64,000 nt of DNA, taken from assembly GCA_964527785.1 (NCBI GenBank), contig CAZGNO010000003.1:7974-71973 (forward strand), given 5' to 3'. Under the pieces are notes generated by a model. That model was not told where the DNA came from. It saw only the letters and a program-made list of their open reading frames with translations, and did no database searches. This document shows positions 58,786-64,000 of the stretch, in pieces. A program made the translations under genes and the position numbers. The stretch is from an uncultured Chitinophagaceae bacterium (GTDB lineage Bacteria > Bacteroidota > Ignavibacteria > Kapaibacteriales > UBA961). Positions within the stretch are counted from its first letter, which is position 1. The number at the start of each line of letters is the position of its first letter.

Positions 58786-59394
58786 ATGAAAATAACAATT
58801 GAACCATATAGTCCTGCTTGGTCAAAGCAATTCATCCATGAGTCGGAAGGTATTTTGAATGTTCTCAAGAGCTTAAAGCCGATTATCCATCACATTGGCA
58901 GTACATCGGTTGCAGGTCTGAGTGCAAAGCCGATTATTGACATTATGATAGGTCTGAACTCAATCGAAGAACTGAATATAATTATCCCGTCAATGCAGTC
59001 CCTCGGATATTCGTATGTCTCTCGATATGAAGTCCAAATGCCTTACAGGAGATACTTTGTACGGTATTCAAGTTCTAAAGGGCTAGAATATGTTCCTGTT
59101 GTTGATTCTTCTACGCAGAATATGACAGAAGCCGGATACCAATCACTGGTTCATGTTCATTCAGTGGTCATTGATTCTGAATTTTGGGAGCGACATTTGG
59201 CTTTCCGTGATTATTTGAGGCAATATCCAGTCGAACGGGACAAATATGGAGCATTTAAACTAAATCTGGCGAAGGAGGAATGGGAAAACGGCTTGGAGTA
59301 TAGTGCAGCTAAGCATGATTTTATCCAGGCAATGCAGCGAAAAGCACTTGAGTGGTATCGTGAAATAGGGGTGTATCAATCAGAGACAAAATAA
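58786..59394 (+). CDS. GrpB-family protein (nucleotidyltransferase-like fold)
   Basis: HHIGSTSVAGLSAKPIIDI, HVH, HLAFRDYLR, YSAAKHDFI. Confidence 0.92.
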   Translation: MKITIEPYSPAWSKQFIHESEGILNVLKSLKPIIHHIGSTSVAGLSAKPIIDIMIGLNSIEELNIIIPSMQSLGYSYVSRYEVQMPYRRYFVRYSSSKGLEYVPVVDSSTQNMTEAGYQSLVHVHSVVIDSEFWERHLAFRDYLRQYPVERDKYGAFKLNLAKEEWENGLEYSAAKHDFIQAMQRKALEWYREIGVYQSETK

Positions 59395-59481
59395 AATCGC
59401 CACTTTTTCGCCAATTAGAAGCGCAGAGAAAATATAGTACCAGTGCCTATTGCTTTTTTCTTGTCAAATCAATTTCTTACA

Positions 59482-59817
59482 ATGCCCATGAGTTCAGAAT
59501 TATCAGTTTTAATTGACAACGAGATGGCAATGGCAAGGGTTGCAATTTCCGAAATGAATGACGGAAAAGCACGAGTATGTGCGCGTCGTGCAATTGTCCT
59601 GGTAGTACAGGATTCCATGAAAAATATTCAATCGCACTGGAATTCAAGGTTAGCACTTGAACATCTTTCTGAGAATGATAAATTTCCTGAGCACATTGCT
59701 TCTGCTGCCAAACGTTTACAAGGCGGATTGCGTGCACAGATTCAAGGAGAAGTATATTCTGAAAATCCTATCGAAGATGCTGAAATAATTATCCGCTATT
59801 TCGTAGATTTGCCGTGA
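59482..59817 (+). CDS. Hypothetical helical protein
   Basis: Open frame with NDGKARVCARRA and PIEDAEII motifs; start uncertain. Confidence 0.6.
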   Translation: MPMSSELSVLIDNEMAMARVAISEMNDGKARVCARRAIVLVVQDSMKNIQSHWNSRLALEHLSENDKFPEHIASAAKRLQGGLRAQIQGEVYSENPIEDAEIIIRYFVDLP

Positions 59818-59926
59818 ATTAATTAATGCAAATAATCTTCGTTTGCTGTTCAGAGAAATATGATCAGTGCATAAACAGTATTTTTGGAGTGAGTGCATTA
59901 TCCTAACCTTCAATTTTTAATGTTAA

Positions 59927-60415
59927 ATGAAAATTCTTTCCATCTCTATTATTGTCCTTCTTTTTAGTGTCGCTGCATTCGCAAGCGAAGCCAAGAAGCC
60001 GCTCCTCAGTCTTTCTGCTGCATCTGTCAAGGTGAAGCAAGGGGGAACTGTAACGGCAAAACTGACAATAAAAGTTCCTAAAAAATGGCATATTTACGGT
60101 GTTATTCCTAAAATCAACAAAGATGGTATCGGACCTCAAGCAACGGAAGTAACATTAAAAGACTCGACCAAATCAGTAACACTTGGCGAAGTCAAATCAC
60201 CCAAACCACACATAGAGTATGATGACGGCTTTGAAATGGATGTAGAGTCCTTAGAAGGTACGCTTAATTTTACACTACCGATAACCGCAGAAAAAGCTGC
60301 AGTACCCGGAAAATATAAACCTACAATCAGTGTGTATTTTCAACTGTGCAACGGGAAGACCTGCCTTACTCCGGAAGAAAAAACAATAGTGATTCCAATT
60401 GAGATTAGTAAGTAA
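59927..60415 (+). CDS. Stand-alone DsbD N-terminal (Ig-like) domain protein
   Basis: Signal peptide, WHIYG, QLCNGKTCLTP. Confidence 0.85.
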   Translation: MKILSISIIVLLFSVAAFASEAKKPLLSLSAASVKVKQGGTVTAKLTIKVPKKWHIYGVIPKINKDGIGPQATEVTLKDSTKSVTLGEVKSPKPHIEYDDGFEMDVESLEGTLNFTLPITAEKAAVPGKYKPTISVYFQLCNGKTCLTPEEKTIVIPIEISK

Positions 60416-60465
60416 AATTCGGTGGTGCGAAGTATTACAGTTATGATTATTACAAAGAGATTTCC

Positions 60466-62520
60466 ATGAAAAAATATTCGATTCTTATTCTCATATTTCT
60501 TGCATCTTCTCTCTCAAGCATTGATGCCTTTGCAGAAATAATTGAGCGCGCCAAATTCTCTCTTTCGGAAAAAACTCCAAAAGAATTAAAACTCCGCGCC
60601 GGTGATACTATTACTGTCCCTCTTACAATCACAATTGATAAGGGGTGGCACGCTTACGACTTGCTACAAGCCGAGAGAAATAAAAAATCGGGAACCGGTG
60701 CCGGACCTCAGGAATTAAAGATTGATTCCCGTAATTCACTATATTTTAAGATTGGCAAAGTAAGTGCTCCAAAATCTGAAATTAGTTACGATTCTACTTT
60801 TGAGGTAAAAATTGGTGAATATCATGGAAAAATTTCACTTCAAATTCCAGTGACTGCCAAGCGCAAACTTAAAATAGGTTCGTATAATGATTCAATTGAA
60901 GTGAGCATTCAGGTATGTAATGTTGAAGGTATATGTACTAACTTGGAAAAATTGTTTCCTGTAAAGATTGTTATTACAGCTGAAGCTATTGGTGCAACAA
61001 ATGAACCGGAGGAAACAACTGTTCCTCAAATTGCATCAGCAAAAAATACTTCAACTAATAATGACATAAAAACGGTAGCTACTGAAAAAAACACCTCTAC
61101 CCAAGGTAGCACCAATACTATTGAAACATCATCATCAAAGGAAATTCTGAAGGAAAAGAAAAAAGGGATTTGGTCTTTTCTATGGTTTGCAATGACTGCA
61201 GGTGCTGCCGCACTCCTAACGCCATGTGTATTCCCTATGGTGCCTATTACAGTGTCGTTTTTCACAAAGCGTTCCGAAAAAGAAAAGTCAAAAGGTCTGC
61301 GTGATTCGATTGTTTACGCGATTGGAATTATTGGAACTTTTACTGCTTTGGGGATTATTCTTGCAGTTGCTTTGGGGGCATCGGGAATATCAGATTTTGC
61401 TGCTAATCCATGGGTGAATTTGGTGATTGCACTTGTTTTCTTGGTGTTTGCAATGAATTTGTTTGGTGCCTTTGAAATTCAGATCCCAACGAAAATCCTG
61501 AATAAACTCAATATGGCATCATCGGGTAGCGGCGTTTCAAGTGTCCTCTTGATGGGACTAACGTTTTCGCTTACCAGTTTTACATGTACTGTTCCATTTG
61601 TTGGCTCGGCATTAATTTCAGCAGCAGACGGTGAGTGGTTCTATCCGATAATCGGGATGCTGGGCTTCTCGGCAACATTTGCAATTCCTTTCTTTTTACT
61701 TGCTCTGTTCCCGTCACGCTTATCAAAATTACCCAAAGCGGGCGGCTGGATGAATAATATGAAAGTCGTCATGGGGTTTTTGGAAATTGCTGCAGCAATG
61801 AAATTTATCAGCAATTTCGAAATGGCGTGGAAATGGGGGATTCTTCCCCGAGATTTGTTTCTTGCAATTTGGATTGGATGCAGTGCACTCGTTGTAATTT
61901 ATGTACTTGGCTTGTATCGTTTGAAATTAGACTCACCCGTATCGAATGTAGGCGCGTTTAGGGTGATATGGGCAATATTGTTTGCTTCTATTACAATGTA
62001 CTTGATGACGGGACTTTATGGGGGGAAAACGCTGGGTACTCTCGAAGCATTCCTTCCATCGCCTGATTATGAGTTGATTATCAACGGTGACGAGGTAAAT
62101 CCATCTGATAAAAAAACGGTAAGCTCCATATCAGTTGTGGGAAACCAAGCTAAACATGAAGATGAGTGGTTCTCGGATTATAACACCGCTCTGGCAGAAG
62201 CCAAACGGTTGAATAAACCAATATTTATTGATTTTACAGGAGTATTCTGTACCAATTGCCGTTGGATGGAAACAAATATATTTCCTAAGCCGACGGTAAA
62301 AAACTTAATGAGCGATTTGGTGCGTGTCCGACTTTACACCGACCGTAAATCAGAAGCCGACAAGTGGAATAAAAACATGATGACTTCAAGATTCAACTCG
62401 ATAGAGCTTCCACTCTATGCAATCATCAGTCCTGACGATAAGATACTTGAAACGCAATCATTTACAAGGGATCAATCAGAATTTGTTGATTTCATCAAAA
62501 AAGGTACTGAACAAAAATAA
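60466..62520 (+). CDS. dsbD: Thiol:disulfide interchange protein DsbD
   Basis: N domain QVCNVEGIC, TM domain LLTPCVFPMVP and SFTCTVP, LPKAGGWM, thioredoxin domain DFTGVFCTNCRWME. Confidence 0.93.
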   Translation: MKKYSILILIFLASSLSSIDAFAEIIERAKFSLSEKTPKELKLRAGDTITVPLTITIDKGWHAYDLLQAERNKKSGTGAGPQELKIDSRNSLYFKIGKVSAPKSEISYDSTFEVKIGEYHGKISLQIPVTAKRKLKIGSYNDSIEVSIQVCNVEGICTNLEKLFPVKIVITAEAIGATNEPEETTVPQIASAKNTSTNNDIKTVATEKNTSTQGSTNTIETSSSKEILKEKKKGIWSFLWFAMTAGAAALLTPCVFPMVPITVSFFTKRSEKEKSKGLRDSIVYAIGIIGTFTALGIILAVALGASGISDFAANPWVNLVIALVFLVFAMNLFGAFEIQIPTKILNKLNMASSGSGVSSVLLMGLTFSLTSFTCTVPFVGSALISAADGEWFYPIIGMLGFSATFAIPFFLLALFPSRLSKLPKAGGWMNNMKVVMGFLEIAAAMKFISNFEMAWKWGILPRDLFLAIWIGCSALVVIYVLGLYRLKLDSPVSNVGAFRVIWAILFASITMYLMTGLYGGKTLGTLEAFLPSPDYELIINGDEVNPSDKKTVSSISVVGNQAKHEDEWFSDYNTALAEAKRLNKPIFIDFTGVFCTNCRWMETNIFPKPTVKNLMSDLVRVRLYTDRKSEADKWNKNMMTSRFNSIELPLYAIISPDDKILETQSFTRDQSEFVDFIKKGTEQK

Positions 62521-62550
62521 TATTTATTTCATATCAAATAAGGAAAGCCG

Positions 62551-62859
62551 ATGACAGATATTTTTAGCTCGCTAAGTACTCATATCGAGATGATATACAT
62601 AATCATCCTTTCGATTTTTGTGGGAATCGAAGTAATTTCCAAAGTTCCGGCTGTTCTGCATACACCGTTGATGTCGGGTGCTAATGCAATTCACGGAGTT
62701 GTTATTATCGGTGCCATTATCGTAATGGGTCACGCTGAAAGTCATAATATGCTTGCAATTGTGCTTGGATTTTTAGCAGTAGTTCTCGGTACGCTTAATG
62801 TGGTTGGCGGGTTTGTGGTAACAGATAGAATGCTTGAAATGTTCAAGAAGAAGAAATAA
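62551..62859 (+). CDS. pntA: NAD(P) transhydrogenase alpha subunit, membrane part (PntA C-terminal / PntAB)
   Basis: SKVPAVLHTPLMSGANAIHG, NVVGGFVVTDRMLEMFK. Confidence 0.92.
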   Translation: MTDIFSSLSTHIEMIYIIILSIFVGIEVISKVPAVLHTPLMSGANAIHGVVIIGAIIVMGHAESHNMLAIVLGFLAVVLGTLNVVGGFVVTDRMLEMFKKKK

Positions 62860-62876
62860 ATTTGTCAATTGAAAAT

Positions 62877-62917
62877 AAAAAACCTCACTTCTTGTAGGAA
62901 TGTGAGGTTTTTTTTTT
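62877..62917. terminator. Bidirectional terminator
   Basis: AAAAAACCTCAC...GTGAGGTTTTTTTTTT. Confidence 0.8.
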
Positions 62918-62929
62918 GCTTGAATCAGT

Positions 62930-63538
62930 TTATTTCTTTGACTTGAGGAGTAGTTCTTTTATAGCATCAATATTCTTTTTATCATCCTCTTTATAGGTCT
63001 TGGGGATGACCTGTTGCGGCATTACTGAGGATTTTGGTTGGGAACCCATATAAGACTCTTCTAGTGATTTGATAAGGTTTGATGTCGGCTCTTGAGCAAT
63101 AGGGTTGTCTTCTGAGGTAAAGTCGTTTGCCTTTGCTTTTAGTGCTGCTTGTGAAAGAACATCTTTATTCACAACGTCACGAATTTTTTCGTAAATAGTT
63201 GTTCGAGTAAACGGCTTGCCAACAAATCCTGCAGCTCCAGATTTCATAGCCATACCAATATTTTCTATATCAGACACAGCCGTAACCATAACGATAGGAA
63301 TTTCCTTAGTAGATTTTATGTGCTTTAGTGCTTTCAGTGTTTGATGTCCGGAAAGTTCGGGCATCAGAACATCCAGCATTATGAGTGCAGGGTGATGTTC
63401 TACAGCTAGAGCAATTCCATCAAAACCATTAGAAGCAAGGAACGGATAAAACCCGAAACTTTGTATAATCTTGGACAGGATTCTCTGCATCCATATATCA
63501 TCATCTATTATTAAGACAGGAATTTCATTCATTACCAA
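62930..63538 (-). CDS. Response regulator receiver-domain protein
   Basis: VLIIDDD, IMLDVLMPELSG, IPIVMVTA, FVGKPF. Confidence 0.9.
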   Translation of the reverse strand: MVMNEIPVLIIDDDIWMQRILSKIIQSFGFYPFLASNGFDGIALAVEHHPALIMLDVLMPELSGHQTLKALKHIKSTKEIPIVMVTAVSDIENIGMAMKSGAAGFVGKPFTRTTIYEKIRDVVNKDVLSQAALKAKANDFTSEDNPIAQEPTSNLIKSLEESYMGSQPKSSVMPQQVIPKTYKEDDKKNIDAIKELLLKSKK

Positions 63539-63562
63539 ATACCCTTTCAGAATATATCATGT

Positions 63563-63859
63563 TTATTTCTGTTTTTTATCGGTGGTAAGGATAAGCATAT
63601 CGGTTTGTAATCCATTATCGGCTGTCGGTCTGTTAATATCAAGTCCTATCAATGCTTTTTTGAATGCTGATATATTTGTTTGTGCTGCTTGACGATTCAT
63701 TTCGATTATTTTGTCATATACTTCTTTTCTGTGGACAGGAATATCTCGCGGAGCTTCAATTCCTAAGCGAACAATTCCTCTGTCATTACCTAAAATTGTG
63801 ATAGTTATGGCGTTTCCAATTGTTATTACTTCGCCAATTTTTCGTGAGAGTACCAGCAT
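63563..63859 (-). CDS. csrA: Carbon storage regulator CsrA
   Basis: MLVLSRKIGE...VRLGIEAPRDIPVHRKEVY with a C-terminal extension (N--AA) of FliW-binding type. Confidence 0.95.
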   Translation of the reverse strand: MLVLSRKIGEVITIGNAITITILGNDRGIVRLGIEAPRDIPVHRKEVYDKIIEMNRQAAQTNISAFKKALIGLDINRPTADNGLQTDMLILTTDKKQK

Positions 63860-63885
63860 ATTAATAATGAAAAAATTGGGAAATA

Positions 63886-64000
63886 TTATTTAGAATTAAC
63901 GGAAAACTCAGGAGAATACTTATCGGAAGAGAGGATGATTTGTTCACCGAGTTGCTTTACAACATCAATAATCAACGGTGCCTTCATATTTGCAGTCATA
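63886..64000 (-). CDS. fliW: Flagellar assembly factor FliW, C-terminal part (truncated by window edge)
   Basis: ...MTANMKAPLIIDVVKQLGEQIILSSDKYS...; directly upstream of csrA. Confidence 0.85.
   Translation of the reverse strand, partial: MTANMKAPLIIDVVKQLGEQIILSSDKYSPEFSVNSK

Noticed and set aside
609-63893. Numerous short ORFs overlapping the called genes (e.g. 20416-20967, 30909-31373, 36760-37278)
   Set aside because: They are shadow frames of well-supported genes, with no motifs of their own.

Overview
Bacterial chromosome segment, most likely from the Bacteroidota/Chlorobiota/Ignavibacteria-Kapabacteria radiation. This is inferred from TAnnTTTG -7 promoter boxes, several T9SS C-terminal sorting domains, fused LpxC-FabZ, an atp operon lacking atpD/C, bS22, and fliW-csrA. 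Most of it is housekeeping: ffh-rpsP, uppS-bamA-skp-skp-lpxD-lpxC/fabZ-lpxA-wbaP, the atp operon with an inserted hldD, ftsW and dsbD. A visibly AT-rich accessory block (~5.8-17.5 kb) abuts the 3' end of tRNA-Val(TAC). It holds a HEPN-like protein, tnaA, nadB, nadA, two small DNA-binding-like ORFs and a nitric-oxide module. That module is the most striking part. A qNor-family enzyme carrying the His->Asn and Glu->Gln changes described for putative NO dismutases (Nod) is transcribed divergently from a NorC-like cytochrome c, a NorB-like protein with a remodelled active site, and an Rrf2 regulator. Two palindromic operator boxes lie in the shared promoter. The window also has several families of REP/MITE-like palindromic elements, including a 4 x 117 bp tandem array read in frame at the start of a large secreted protein. 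All calls were made by eye from motifs; no database searches were run.
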